A DNA stretch of 64,000 bases, taken from Veleropilina oligotropha. Its lineage: Eukaryota. Each line of letters begins with the position of its first letter. Position 1 is the stretch's first letter. The notes beneath the pieces are model-generated. The model saw only the letters and a program-made list of their open reading frames with translations, did not search any database and was not told the origin of the DNA. A program made the translations under genes and the position numbers. The DNA lies in the NCBI GenBank assembly GCA_048128005.1, contig JBEUKZ010000096.1, forward strand, positions 558,001-622,000. The letters run 5' to 3'. This document shows, piece by piece, positions 41,985 through 54,925 of this stretch.

Positions 41985-43935
41985 ATAACCGACCAATCGG
42001 CGGTACAGCATGGCGCTGCTATTAGCATTCACAATGGTATCGTGCGAAGTAAACGTGTGCTGCCAATCTGCGAGAAATGCATGGGCTAGTGATGACATTA
42101 TGGATACTGACCAATCGGCAGGAACCGCATGGCCCTGCTATTAGCATTCATAATGGTATCATGCGTAGTCTGCGAGAACTGCATGGACTAGCGAGCACGT
42201 ATGCAGAGAGTGCTGATAGCAATGACAGTTGCGAAGTATAGCTGTGCTGCCAATCTGCGGGAAGCGCATGGACTGGCGTCGTATGCTGAGAGAAGTATGA
42301 AGTAAAGGTGATGCTGCCATTATGAATACTGACCCATCGGCGGGAACCGCAAGGCGCTGTTGAGCAATCACAATGGCGGCTGCAAATGTACCTGTACTGA
42401 CCAAATGGTGGGAACCGCATGGAAGTACCACAGTCCCCGGACGCTAGGCCCAAAATTACCCGTTCTACACAATGCCCCATATACTGATGTATATAATACA
42501 TAGAAAGTTGTGAAACGCGAAAATCGCGCGATATGGTAAACAATCGATTTCGGAGCTCATAACTTTCTAAATTGACACTCGACATTCTCAGTATTGACGG
42601 AAGAGTTAAACGAAACATTTTTCTTGCTATCGGTATAATTTTCATATTACTCTGTTGTAGATAAGCTTATATACGAACCTTTATTCCACACCGTAGCGCA
42701 CATCCACGAATGTAACGGCCGCCATGGCGGTAGAGGCTCGCAGTAAATATTCTTAAATATTCAAAGGTCACAGGTTTCCCAGGTCATCACAGGTCACAGT
42801 ACGAGTATGACACCACATGAAAACCAACACTGTGGTAAATGTTGTCAAATGAGCAAAGACTGTCATATAATTGTGTAAAAAACACAATTTATGTTCTGTT
42901 CACAATAGAAAAATTATAAAATAGTAGTAAACACAATCATAACGACAAATATTTGGGCATTTATTTAAGAAGATTTATATTTTCATTTACTGCGAGCTTC
43001 TACCGCCATGGCGGCCGTTACATTCGTGGATGTGCGCTACGGTGTGGAATAAAGGTTCGTATATAAGCTTATCTACAACAGAGTAATATGAAAATTATAC
43101 CGATAGCAAGAAAAATGTTTCGTTTAACTCTTCCGTCAATACTGAGAATGTCGAGTGTCAATTTAGAAAGTTATGAGCTCCGAAATCGATTGTTTACCAT
43201 ATCGCGCGATTTTCGCGTTTCACAACTTTCTATATATTATATACATCAGTATATGGGGCACTGTGTAGAACGGGTAATTTTGGGCCTAGCGTCCGGGGAC
43301 TGTGGAAGTACAGAGCTGGAAATAAGCCTGATGTTAAGATATTCTAGCCAATATGAAATTGGCCAGGACTTAAATAGCACAGTGGAAAATTACTTGGGGA
43401 GAATAAAACATGAATAATGGAAATGGAATTCACATAATGAGATGTTTTGTACCCACGATGCTGAGAGTAACATGATGTAAGATGTGCTGTCATTATGAAT
43501 ACTGACCGATCGGCGGGAACCGCATGGCACTGCTTATCACTCACGATGGCAGCTGCGAAGTCTATCTGTACTGCCAATCTGCGAGAACCGCATGGACTGA
43601 CATGGCACGTATGCTGAGAGAAGTATGAAGTCAACTGCTGTGCTGTCATTATGAATACTTACCGATCGGCGGGAACCGCATGGCATTGCTTAGCACTCAC
43701 GATGGCAGCTGCAAAGTCTATCTGTACTGCCAATCTGCGAGAACCGCATGGACTGACATGGCACGTATGCTGAGAGAAGTATGAAGTCAACTGTTGTGCT
43801 GTCATTATGAATACTTACCGATCGGCGGGAACCGCATGGCATTGCTTAGCACTCACGATAGCAGCTGCGAAGTCTATCTGTACTGCCAATCTGTGGGAAC
43901 CGCATGGACTGACATGGCACATATGGTATGCATAG
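41985..43935. repeat. Satellite-like tandem array, period about 155 bp (two related subunits), interrupted at 42429-43440
   Basis: Recurrent GCTGTCATTATGAATACT...GGCGGGAACCGCATGG and TGCCAATCTGCGAGAACCGCATGGACT, e.g. at about 43486, 43643 and 43798. Confidence 0.85.
42429..43304. mobile_element. Foldback non-autonomous DNA transposon, 320-bp TIRs, 7-bp TSD (P/Galileo-like)
   Basis: 42429-42748 is the reverse complement of 42985-43304 (three mismatches seen); GAAGTAC on both flanks; CAC...GTG termini. Confidence 0.88.
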
Positions 43936-44210
43936 AAAAGTACTCAGAACTGATAAATACAGCGCGATCACAAGCCGCGCAGGAATATCGTGAGTGAAGC
44001 ATGTGAGCACACTCTGAGGCCCTGCGTGGCCCAGAATCTGTATAGTGAGAAAGTAGTACTGCAAATTTAATGATATAACCCTAGTTTATATATATGCATA
44101 AATAAATAATAAACAAGTAATCTATTAAATACAATGCTGTTTATTTCCATCGGCATTTTAATTTCATATAGCTTTTAGTAATGAACATATACACATTGAA
44201 GATCATCCTT

Positions 44211-44697
44211 TTGAATAGATTATAAATTATCAACTCTGTGCCATGCTTACTTCGATCAATCACTACCTCAATATCTGTCAGATCTACTCTCGGTGTATTC
44301 CCCAGCAAGGTCTCTCCGTTCTTCTTTAGACAATCGTATTCTTTGTATTCCTGGTTTGAAAACGAAATCTCTCTGAGAACGTTGTTTTTCATTTGCTGCT
44401 CCAAGCCAATGGAACTCACTTCCTGTTATTATTCGTTACATCGAAGACAAAGCAACTTTCAAAAGATCTCTCAAACCACACTTGTTCCGGAAACATTTCC
44501 CATAAACTGAAAATCTCGCATCTATCAACTTTTTCCTTAATTGTGTCAAGTCGGCTATAAAATATGTATGTCTTGTAAATGTATATTGTTTATCATTGTC
44601 TGTTTAAGTGTTCTGATTCAATCATTGTAAAGCACAAAGTGCTAGAATCCTTTCCTGATCTTGCGCTATATAAATCTCTCATTATTATTATTATTAT
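44211..44697 (+). mobile_element. 5'-truncated L2/CR1-group LINE fragment
   Basis: Translates IDYKLSTLCH...PQYLSDLLSVYSPARSLRSS...RCFSFAAPSQWNSLP...FKRSLKPHLF with one stop; tail GCGCTATATAAAT and (ATT)n. Confidence 0.85.
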
Positions 44698-44988
44698 CCT
44701 TTTAACAATGAAAATTAACTACAATAGGTACATGATGAATTTTACCTCACATGGCCATCAAGAATAAATTATCCCCCCTGATTTCAGCCAAAGTTGATGT
44801 TATTTATTACGTACATGATGCAGCAGAGTGCACAAAACGAAATTAATATAAAGATACTTAATAATGTTGTAGTGAAAGATGAACTTTTTGTTAAGCGTCA
44901 TCCAAGCTACTCCACGATTTTGCAAGTACATGTATTACAAACATTTACTGGCGGCCATGTTGTGTCAGCTGACAGTTCTCTTTCCGTT

Positions 44989-45251
44989 CGGGCCGCTTCG
45001 GCAGCGCAGTGGGTAGAGTGTCCACTCTAAATTCACTGTCTTGATTCCGCTAATGCGAATAGTAGTGGGTTCAATACCTGGCTGAGGCATTGAAATTTGT
45101 TCAAGTTATGGATCACAGTTGTCCGTGTCTGGCCGAAGAGGGCGGGTTTACCCGGGCAACCGGGGTTTCCTGCCACGATAACACGGACATGTCCTGCCTT
45201 GAACCTCGATGTTGTAAATATACAGGACATTAAGCATCATTCTTCCCTCCG
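44989..45251 (+). mobile_element. tRNA-derived SINE (V-domain-like core)
   Basis: A box GGCAGCGCAGTGG, B box GGTTCAATACC, core GGGTTTACCCGGG...GGTTTCCT; 10-bp TSD TCTTTCCGTT; near-identical copy at 53437-53698. Confidence 0.85.
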
Positions 45252-45789
45252 TCTTTCCGTTTGCTGTTGTTTTGTTCAGGAAATCGTTCAGCTTGAATAG
45301 TTAGCTAATGTTAAGTGACGTTTGATAACTCACCCTTGATTGCCTGATAATTGTCATTTATATGTGTATGGGAGATAGCTCCACTTGTCATTGTTGCATT
45401 CTAATTCGTATCCCAGTGGTTATACGACCATTATAACCTCTCCAACCACTTGCTGGCTCAGCGGTATTGGTTCGACTCGTGCGCGCAAACAATGGATTAC
45501 AACCAGCGGAAGAGTGTAGGTTTTCCTCCTGTAATAATACGGACATGTTCCTGAAATTTAACAGAAAAAAAATTCAAATAAGCAGCTCTATGCTTGTTTT
45601 ATAATTCTGACAGAAGTTATAACTTTCAGCACTATGCCTGATAGCTGAACTAGAAGAGCGTTGGTAAAAAGTGGTATGATAGCCTGCAGGGATGGGAATC
45701 TTCAGCGGATCCGCAGAATAGCACTTATCCTTGAGCCTTGCGTACGTCATCAGCATGACGCACGTTTCTAAGAATAGAATCACGTGACC

Positions 45790-47868
45790 TCTGCGACAAA
45801 GTTAACTGAGAGCGACGTGCCTGGGGCCAAATTCCATCATGCTGAAGTTGAAAGTCATTCAAATGCACAAATTAAACGCTGGTTGCAATGTCGTGGTTTG
45901 AAAGTGAACGGCCTACGTCAGGACTTGATAAACAGGTGAGTAATATTACTTGTTTTTTTCAGCATTTCTCCGTAGTTTTTCGGATTCCTCGTGTTTTTTG
46001 TAGGCCTATTACAAACGTAGATAGCCAAGGCACAGAATGCGCTTGTTATCATTTAATTTTGAGTTCATTTTATTATTTGAATCATATACTGAAAAAGTTG
46101 TGCTTTTAATGCTATATTTATATAGCAATTTAATGCCTAGTCAAAAAATAGATTTTTTGCGTGCACGGTTGGGAGTTCACTCGCAATGTTTAGCGTTTCA
46201 CACATTAATATAATTCCGTGTGTGATTGTTAACTTCTAAAAAGCATCAATATGTAGTATTAGAGTCTAAAGCCATAATTGTTTCATTTTTCAGAGCTAAA
46301 ATATGCATTTCTGCAGGAAAGGACAAAGAAATTGATGTGTCCATTGATCAGGGAAAATGGCTCGAGCGTAAAATACGGCAATCACTTTAAAGCAGTACAT
46401 CAACATCCGTCAAGACAAGTCTTCCTATTTTACCCGTTACTGGTTGGAAACCTTTTTCGTCTTCACCAATACCAAGTAGTTTTAATTATGGGCATGTGCA
46501 TCATTATATGATAGAGTCTGTTGTCAATTTTGCAAATGACAGCGATTCTGATGGTGAATCCATGGATATATACTGTACATACATCAAAACCACTTAGAAG
46601 GGGGAAATTTTTCTTTACAAGTGGCCATGTTAAAGATATCCAGGATTCCACCAAGCACACCTACTATTTTATCAAGGCGAAAATAATGGCGTCATTTAAG
46701 CTTGGCGTTGTGTACAACTGTAGCTGCACTTTGTCGCAGAATTCTGGATTTGTGATTGGCTCAACATGCGACTGCAAGGCCAGCGCTTTGGGCAGGTGCA
46801 GTCATGTCTGCGCTCTTCTTCTGGCACTGCTTGATTTCACTAATAAATCAACCGAAAATGAAGGCCAGAGTTGTACCAGTTTGCCTTGTGTATGGAATAA
46901 AGGCCGTTTGTCAAAGAAACACCCAAAGAGAATAGTTCAAGCCAGCTACGGAAGTTACAAAGAGCGAACCGTCGACAGGATTATGAAGTTCGATCCTCGT
47001 CCGCCATCATTGTTCCACATCCACTGCTCCTAGTATGTGGGAAACATTGCTTCAGTTTCATTATGATGACTATTCCCTTGCCAGTTCTGATCAAGCTCTT
47101 TTAACGTCAAAGTGTGAAAAGTTGATTTGTAATCTGTCTGTTGGAAATCCAAATACCAAGTTTTTTGTGCAGCTTCTGGAGTCGCAATGCACTGAGAGAT
47201 GGCATTTAAATAGGAGAGTGCGTATAACGGCATCAGATTGCAAATGCGTTGCAGGGTTAACATCAACTGCATCGTTGAAAAGCTATCTGAACTCTCAAGA
47301 GCTGCGCAATAATGCAATTATGTACGGAAAATCTCATGAAAGTGCAAGGGAAGACTACGCAAAATAACTAAACGTGAATGGTGGCAGTGTTCTTGAAACT
47401 GGTTTCTGGATAAATCCAAAATTTCCTGAGCTTGCATGCAGCCCTGATGGTTTAGTTAAGGACCCGATCATGGGACAAGACATGTATGGGCTGGTAGAAA
47501 TTAAATGTCCCAAAATTCTTGAAAATCAGGCTATCACCCCAGATACCATAAACAGTTTGAAAGCTTGCCAGAAAAGGAACTTTTCTCTATTTATTGATAA
47601 TGGCGAATTGAAATTAAAACCTCATCACTCCCATTACCATCAGGTGCAAATGCAACTTGCCGTAGCAGGTTTAAAATGGTGCGACTACTTTGTGTGGTCA
47701 ATAAAGGGACATTATGTCGAAAGAATTACATTTGATGAAGCGTTCTGGAAGACCCTCAAATGTAAACTAGTGTCCTTCCATCACAATGTACTGTGCCCAG
47801 AGTATTTCGAAATGCGAATCCCACGTGACCTCCTGCCATTCGATCTAAGGAAAATAAATTTGTTATAA
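45790..47868 (+). pseudogene. SAP + SWIM zinc finger + YqaJ/lambda-type alkaline exonuclease gene of an ISL2EU-type transposon; intron 45936-46293, several frameshifts and stops
   Basis: LTESDVPGA...IKRWLQCRGLKVNG (SAP-like); CDCKASALGRCSHV (SWIM); WHLNRRVRITAS, YGKSHE, LACSPDG, EIKCP, YHQVQMQL (YqaJ). Confidence 0.88.
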
Positions 47869-48621
47869 ACAATGCATTTATAAACAGAAAACTTGTTTGT
47901 TTGCAATTATTTATGTATATACTGAATTTGTCAACAAATGTGTTAATATATTATATGTATACTATTTATAAATATTACTATTTAACCTAAAATAACTAAA
48001 TAAAATTTGTAATATCATGAACAGTAATAAATGTATTTTGTCATACATTATTGAAATACATATACCGGTACTTGTATTTATTTACAATCATGCATGTCAC
48101 ATCTTGCAGAAAATCAATATTTGTATTATGTTATAAGCACATTGTGCTTACTATAATAGTCTATAGAGCTCTCTAAATACATGCTATACTGGAGATTGTC
48201 TTTTAGCTCATATTATTGTTGGAGGAAAGCGCAGATTAATGGCATACCCCAATAACAGATGGAATTCCAAACACAGATGTCTATGATCTAATGGTATATG
48301 CTTTGCAATATATCTTGTGCATTAATTAATAGAGAAATAATAAAAGATATTTAACATGTAATGCTATGGTGTTCTGTTTCTTGTCCCATACATCACCCCA
48401 TTTGGGTCATACATCGACATGTTCATGTTATTGTGCGACACATGCTGGAAAACAATATATGAACGGACGTGCATTGGTCTGTTATGGATTACCGTGTCTG
48501 ATGTTATAGTCCTGCAATGCCTCCGAACTGACTCGAACCCACACTGCAATGTCTGCACAAATAGGTCACTTAAATGATTTTATTCACTGTCATGCGGATT
48601 GGTATTGCTTTGAAATACATT

Positions 48622-49545
48622 TCACCGGACAAGAGGCTCCTGAAAATTTACTAAGCAGCCAACTACAAATACCATCTGTGAAAATACTGATGCAAGGGAC
48701 AAGGGTACAGTGCCTTTTAAAAGTTTGAATTTTTTAATTATCTCAATGGCCCTCTCAACATGAATTCTTAATTTGGCAATTTGTTTAGTTTTTGCTTCCT
48801 CTTGTGCACTTAAATGTTCTCGACCATTTAAGAATGGAGGAATGACCAATTCGACCCCCTTTTCATACAGCAAATCATGAATTCTGAAACCTCGGTCAGC
48901 CATTACCAAATCACTGACCCGATTCAAGCTTATCTAGGAAACCTGATTGCTTCACAATCTCTTCATCAGATATGCTTCCCTCGAACAAATCAGAAATAAA
49001 CATAATTGCACCATTAGGGGCAATACCTACTAAATACTTAAAAGTCCCATGGCCCTTGTAGGTGGAATACAAATTGCCCTGTTTTCCAAAATCAGTTGCC
49101 TGTTCTACAAATATTTCAGTGCAATCAATTATTGTCCTAATATTTTTAAATTTCTTGAAGCATGTCGGTAAGGATTTCTTGATGACACTTCTACTAGCAA
49201 ACATAGTGTCTCGTAAGTTAAGCATGAGAATTATAAATAAAGGAACTGAATCCATGTCAAGATTATGTCCGATACCATAGATACAGACACGTTAAATCTG
49301 TAAGCAAGATCTTGGTGTAATAGACCAACAGGAAGTCTCATAAGGGTCAGTAACAGCTGGTTTTGAGGCGATAGCTTTCTGTTGGGTCCACGTTTTTTGT
49401 CCGGTGTTCGCTCTGCATCCTTCATGTCACGATTCCAAAATGATAGCTTATTAACAACAGGACCTAAAAAATTGAACAAAATTGTAAATTGTGCAAATGT
49501 TAAACCAGTATAAAATCTCATTTTCTTGTCACTACTATGGTAATA
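48622..49545 (-). pseudogene. ISL2EU/Harbinger-type DDE transposase (HTH_Tnp_4 + DDE_Tnp_4), 5'-truncated, two frameshifts
   Basis: FYTGL, QLLLTLMRL...DLAYRF, IIDCTE, GSISD, VMADRGF, RIHVERAI over three ORFs. Confidence 0.92.
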
Positions 49546-50377
49546 TATGGAGATAATATGGCAAAATTTCAAGACATAAATTAACTCTGAAAATGCCTGA
49601 AATGCTCTCTCCAGCCTTCTAGATTTCAAATTTTTCCGGGGGGGGGGGATCCCCTGAACCCCCCTTACGAGAGGGGCTCCGCCCCTCTCGTGCTCTCCCT
49701 TATCGGGCCTTCGGCCCTCCATGTTTGGATTTTCCTCTGAAAATAACTTTTGCCATTCCTATCCCTGGATAGGACAGTTTGAAACACTTAAAGGATTTGT
49801 GAACCAAAACTCATAATATGGGCAAATTTTCACTATACGCCATATATTCCTATCATATTATTTGTTGTGTTAGTCTTTCAGGAGTGTCCGTGTTTGTTGT
49901 AAGCTGACCTGGCGAAATCAATCAGTTCAAGTGTAGTCATATTTTCAGGTCAGGGGTCGAATTTGACGTCACAATGGACAGGCCACTCGGAATCTTTTCA
50001 ATTCGATGGCAACATCATTGTCCGCAAATTGGTTACTCAACAGGAACAATAGCATTAGGACTCGTGGGTCTAGTGTGTCGTCACCTAATAAGTGTTCGGG
50101 AAATTTTGGGGTGACTTGCTAAGGATCTTTTGTATCCATGTTTTGATAATCTAAATCATGGCGCTACTAATAAGAGAATAAATAAATATACAATAGCATT
50201 ATTATCAGCCAGAATATATTATGTGTTCACAACTCTTTTAACCAGCATTTCGTATTCTATCTCTAAAAACAATAAATTTTAAAAAGTGAAAAATCTCAAT
50301 AATAACCATAAGGTTGCCCATCCTTTGACCGGAGACATTAAACCAAGGTGGTGAATACATGATGAAAGTATATTTAA

Positions 50378-50830
50378 TTATGCCACCACAAACGAAGTTT
50401 AAGGGGGCATATAGGAGTCAGCTTGTCGGTCGGTCTGTTGCAAATTCCCTTCCGCTCCATATCACCGATACTATTTTGCCTAGGGACACGAAACTTGACG
50501 TGTGGATGCGTCATAACCTAAAGGGGTGTGTCGCGTACTGAAAGTAGGTCACCACGACCTACTTTTCATGCTTGACTGCACTTGATCTAAAATTCCCTTC
50601 TGCTACATATCTCCGATACTATTTCGCCTACGGTCACAAAACTTGATGTGTGGATGTGTCATAGCCCAAAGGTGTGTCGCGTATTGAAAGTAGGTCACCG
50701 CGACCTGCTTTTCATGCTTGACTGCACTTAATCCAAAATTCCCTTCTACTCGATATCTCCCATACTATTTGACAGAGGGGCACGAAACTTGATGTGGGGG
50801 GAATATGATCACTCCTGTGATAGCTCTAGC
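50378..50830 (+). mobile_element. HINE-type element with internal repeats of about 125 bp; relatives at 56980-57045 and 58620-59016
   Basis: TTATGCCACC...GGGGGCATATAGGAGTCAGCTTGTC(GGTC)n start, repeated GAAACTTGATGTGTGG units, 3' ATCAC...GTGAT palindrome and CTAG. Confidence 0.7.
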
Positions 50831-50989
50831 TTCAGAATTACTTGTGCATGCAGGTTAATTGATACTAATTACCTATATAAGCAGCCAAATGGTGTACATA
50901 TGGAAAATTGAATTCGATCGATACTTAAATGACCTGTATATTTACAGCCTTCAAGTTCAAAGTAGGACATATTATCAGCTTTTATCGCA

Positions 50990-51170
50990 GGAGAAAATTA
51001 AAGCCTGCATGGTCGCCCTGGGAAATCCGCCGTCTCCAACTGATTCATATCTGAACAAATAATGCCAAACAGCCCCAACCAAGATTTGAACCCACCACTG
51101 TTCGTGTCAACAGAATCAAGCCAGTGACGGCTGAGTCTGCAACCGAAACCACACGACTGTCGGAGACACC
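50990..51170 (-). mobile_element. tRNA-derived SINE fragment
   Basis: Reverse complement resembles the SINE head (GTCGTGTGGTTTCGGTTGCAGACTC...GTGGGTTCAAATC) seen at 54675-54925. Confidence 0.65.
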
Positions 51171-51593
51171 TGTAACGGATAAGATCATGGCTCCCAATTC
51201 AATCACTAATAGACTGCTCTGATTGCCAGGGCTGTCTTTGAATCCTTGCTGAACATTTTGTTAATTAACAGTCACAGTTGTTTATTACGGGGTGGTGCAG
51301 GGTGGGTTTTCCCAGGCTTACCACTCTTGATAATGTGAACATGCCCTGATGAGAGTTAAAATAGGACATTGATTAACGATCCAATTACAAATATATATCC
51401 ATCGGTCCGCAAGTGAAAATGTAAGTCCGGAACCATAGTATTCGGTTCCGTCCACTTTTGGTGTTAGCGCGGTATCTCAAGGTAAGAGTGAACCGATTTC
51501 ATTTATATAATTATTTGGAAGATTCCGCCGGCCACTGTAAATCAATTAATATCATTTTTTCGCAACTTGGAACTTATTCTCTTGTGGCGTACA

Positions 51594-51864
51594 TCTTAAT
51601 ATAATGGAGCTATAATTGTATGTGTGTGTGTGTGTCTGTCTGTCTGTCTGTCTGTTTCAAGTTGAACTCCTCCCAGACGCTTTGACCTAGGACCTTCAAA
51701 CTTTGGGGGGTTAATCGGGCTCCCCCAAGGAAGGTTTACCACGAAAAAAATTCGGAAAATTCGGGAAAAAAAAAAATTATTTAAGGGAGCACTATCCAAA
51801 AAAAAAAAAAAAAAAAAAATTGGGGTGGGGGGACTTACCCGGCGGAGACGGGTACCATTGCTAG
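51594..51864 (+). mobile_element. Non-autonomous Helitron
   Basis: A|TC 5' end, (GT)n(GTCT)n, 3' hairpin ACCCG...CGGGT, CTAG|T end. Confidence 0.8.
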
Positions 51865-53231
51865 TACTGTCAATAATATTAAATTTGCTTTATTACATTT
51901 TGGGACTACATATAGGTAAGTGTTAAACTAGGTCATGGAGCTTATATTTTTGTCATGATAAAGAGATAGTGTCGTGTTTGGTTACGTCCAGTTTGTTGTG
52001 TCTCGATTGGATTGGATTGATGCAATGTCCTGTTTATTAACAACCTGGTTTCTGATTTTGTTGCCAATATTTTATCTGGGTATTCGAAAATAATTCATTG
52101 GAAGATCTAACATTATATAAATAAAACATTTTTGGGGGAATCTTCTCAAAATAGAAATAAGTTCCTTGATATGTGATCTCTAGGAACATAATTCAGGAAT
52201 TATGCTGTAGTTTGATCATATTGGTGAATTTAACAGATGAAGGAATTGGTGCAAATATTAAAACATTTTACATGAGCCTATTATTTTCCTCACCAACTAC
52301 GTATACATGGTTGTGGAAGGTTATTGAAATTTGGTCGGTTATATGTGCATAATGTTTTCTTATTTTAACACGTCATTAAACCTGAAAATATTAAAATTAC
52401 CTCGATTGCGATCGGAATTCGTATTTTATGATATATTTCCAGTTTTTTTCAGTTTTTCTTCTCTATTTGTCGCAGATATTTCTGGTTTTAAACATCATGA
52501 TTCTTGTTGATGAAACATTGTTGATGTGTTTTATTATATTTTTAATTATTTCTCTTTTGGTATTATACAAAGGCTGTTGTACAAAATGAAAAGATTTTAC
52601 ATCACTGAGTAAAGTATATATATGCATGCTTTAAGATTTAAGGCTAAATTTCACAAGTAAACAGTGATTAATTATCATGATATATTGATAAATGCTTATG
52701 CATATTGATACAGAATTGTAGGCTCTCAGTCATTTTGACCAATATGTCTACAAGTTAAGTGATCAACTCGATCGAGTTGAATATAACAAAACGTTTTAAC
52801 AATTACATGATAATTCAAGATAATTACATTGACTAGAGTCTGCTTTATAATTTATGAGTATTATATTCATGCTTTTCAGTAACAGCTGTCTAAAAAGAGA
52901 AAGCTTCTATGTAGTCCAGTCACATTACGCTGCAGTGTATGTTATATAATAGGCAATAGCTGCTCACGAGTAGTTTACCGACCGCGCCTTGTTGCCTTTT
53001 CATTCCACATAAAGAGTGGATTTCACGCTTGTCCTCGGCTTCAATCTAAGAAAATCCGGTAACAATAGCATCCATACAATATTTTATCAAAAGCCATTAT
53101 ATTTAGTTCAAGGTACATTCTTGACACTGCCTTGTTTGAAAGCTGCATGGAGCCATATTACTGACTATTGCTAAATTATTCTTACCCATTGAAATTGTAT
53201 ACCGGTACTAGCATATATTCTATATACTAGG

Positions 53232-53750
53232 AGGCTGCCCCGGTAGTCATGTGGGCTCGAGTGCCAACTCTGAAATCACTGACTCAATTGCGCTAACTGA
53301 TATGAGTGGGTTCGAATTTCGGTTGGGGCACTAACATTCTTTATTCAGTCATGATAGATCCACGTTGGCGGGTTTTACCGGGTGATCGAGCTTTTCACCT
53401 CAGAGATAACATAGACATGTCTTGCCTTAAACTTGACGGCCGCTTCGGCAGCGCAGTGGGTAGAGTGTCCACTCTAAATTCACTGGCTTGATTCCGCTGA
53501 CGCGAACAGTAGTGGGATCAATACCTGGCTGAGGCATTGAAATTTGTTCAAGTTATGAATCACAGTTGTCCGTGACTGGCCGAAGAGGGCGGGTTTACCC
53601 GGGCGACCGGGGTTTCCTCCCGCGATAACACGGACATGTCCTGCCCTGAACCTCGATGTTGTAAATATACAGGATATTAAGCATAATTCCTCCTCCTCAA
53701 ACTTGAAGGTTGTTTATATACAGGACATTAAGCATCAATCCAATCCAATT
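53232..53750 (+). mobile_element. Older tRNA-derived SINE interrupted by a younger SINE (53437-53698)
   Basis: Outer B box GGTTCGAATTTC, tail resumes after 53706; inner copy flanked by AAACTTGA duplication (53429-53436, 53699-53706) with (TCC)n tail. Confidence 0.82.
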
Positions 53751-53824
53751 ATACACAGAGGAATTAAATACTGGTTATAAATTCCCCTAGAAAATTAACT
53801 TAGTCTCTTTGTGTGCATGAAAGG

Positions 53825-54070
53825 AAAGGATGGATGCTTAATGTCCTGTATATTTCCAACCATCATTTGGTTCAAAGCAGGACATGTCATCCATTTTATT
53901 GCGGGAGGAAAGCCTGCTCTCTTCGACCAGGTACGGACAACTGTGATTCATAACTTGAACAAGTGTGTGATGTCCCCGCCGAGGGTTGAACCCAGTACTG
54001 TTACCGTCAGCGGAATCAAGCCGGTGATCTTTCGGAGTCCACAACCGAAACCACACGACTATCGAAGCGG
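53825..54070 (-). mobile_element. tRNA-derived SINE
   Basis: Reverse complement of the same family (GGGTTCAACCC B box, CAGGACATTAAGCATC tail). Confidence 0.78.
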
Positions 54071-54110
54071 CATGTGTGTGCATGAATTGTTATGCTGGTA
54101 TTATTCAATA

Positions 54111-54476
54111 CTAGCCAGGGTACCCGTCTTCGACGGGTGAGTCTCCCCACCTCATCAATAACCTAATTTTTTATCTTGAACGCCTCTAACATTGCACGAA
54201 AGATCTCCACTGAGTGCTAACTATGAAAATATGAAAATTCCCCCCACCCCCAAAAAACCACCCCGCCCCCAAAAAATAAAAATTTGAAAGCGCCATAACC
54301 ACCGCCTTGGTACCCTTAGTTCACATGCCAAATTTGGTGGAGATCGGTCCAGCCGTTTGTAACGTTATAACTGTTATGAAAATTCCCCCCCCCCAAAAAC
54401 CACCCCCGCCGTTTGGGAGCCTATAGGAGACACACACACAGACAGACAGACAAACTCTCCACGATTATAGTATAGA
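54111..54476 (-). mobile_element. Non-autonomous Helitron
   Basis: Minus strand: A|TCTATACTATAAT start, (GTCT)n(GT)n, hairpin ACCCGTC-GAA-GACGGGT, CTAG|T end. Confidence 0.82.
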
Positions 54477-54674
54477 TGATTCATCTCAAAGACTGCATTG
54501 AGTTAACATTCACTGTTGTCCATGCATGGTGGATTTTTAATTTTCCGTAGATGTTAACATGCGGCAATAAACACAATATAGCTCAAAGATAAATTCAGTG
54601 TTAACCTGCAAACTTTTAATTTATTTTTAATTATGAGTAACGATGCCATCCATATTTATAAACTATCAAGACAG

Positions 54675-54925
54675 CTCCGTCATTGAATCATGTGGTTTCG
54701 GTTGCAGACTCTGAAATTAATAACTTAATTGATTCCGCTGACACCAAAGTAGTGGGTTCGAATCTCAGTTGGGTCATGGGCATTATTTGTTCAGTTGTGA
54801 ATCACAGATGTCCGTAACTGGTCGGAGAGGGCGGGTTTCCCCGGATGATAATATGGACATGTCCTTCATTGAACCTGATGGTTGTAAACATACATGACAT
54901 TAAGCATAGATTCAATCCAATCCTA
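54675..54925 (+). mobile_element. tRNA-derived SINE
   Basis: B box GGTTCGAATC, core GGGCGGGTTTCCCCGG, tail GACATTAAGCAT...(CAATC)n. Confidence 0.75.

Larger units (their letters stand above)
45687..49767. mobile_element. Composite element: hAT-like ends enclosing an ISL2EU-type (PIF/Harbinger-related) two-gene core
   Basis: 13-bp TIR CAGGGAT(G/A)GGAAT at 45687-45699 and 49755-49767; convergent YqaJ and DDE_Tnp_4 genes inside; no clean TSD. Confidence 0.6.

Noticed and set aside
42148..43417. Two ORFs (165 aa minus, 109 aa plus) with identical N-termini
   Set aside because: They are the two arms of the foldback TIR read outward; no recognisable domain.
41985..43935. CRISPR-like array
   Set aside because: Whole units repeat with no unique spacers; eukaryotic context with no cas genes.
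44989..45085. tRNA gene
   Set aside because: A and B boxes are present but there is no clean cloverleaf; it is followed by a SINE body and tail, has a TSD, and occurs in multiple copies.
45790..47868. Phage or bacterial contamination (YqaJ exonuclease, tyrosine recombinases)
   Set aside because: The YqaJ gene has a spliceosomal intron and is paired with an ISL2EU-type transposase; the recombinases belong to DIRS elements inside a host intron.
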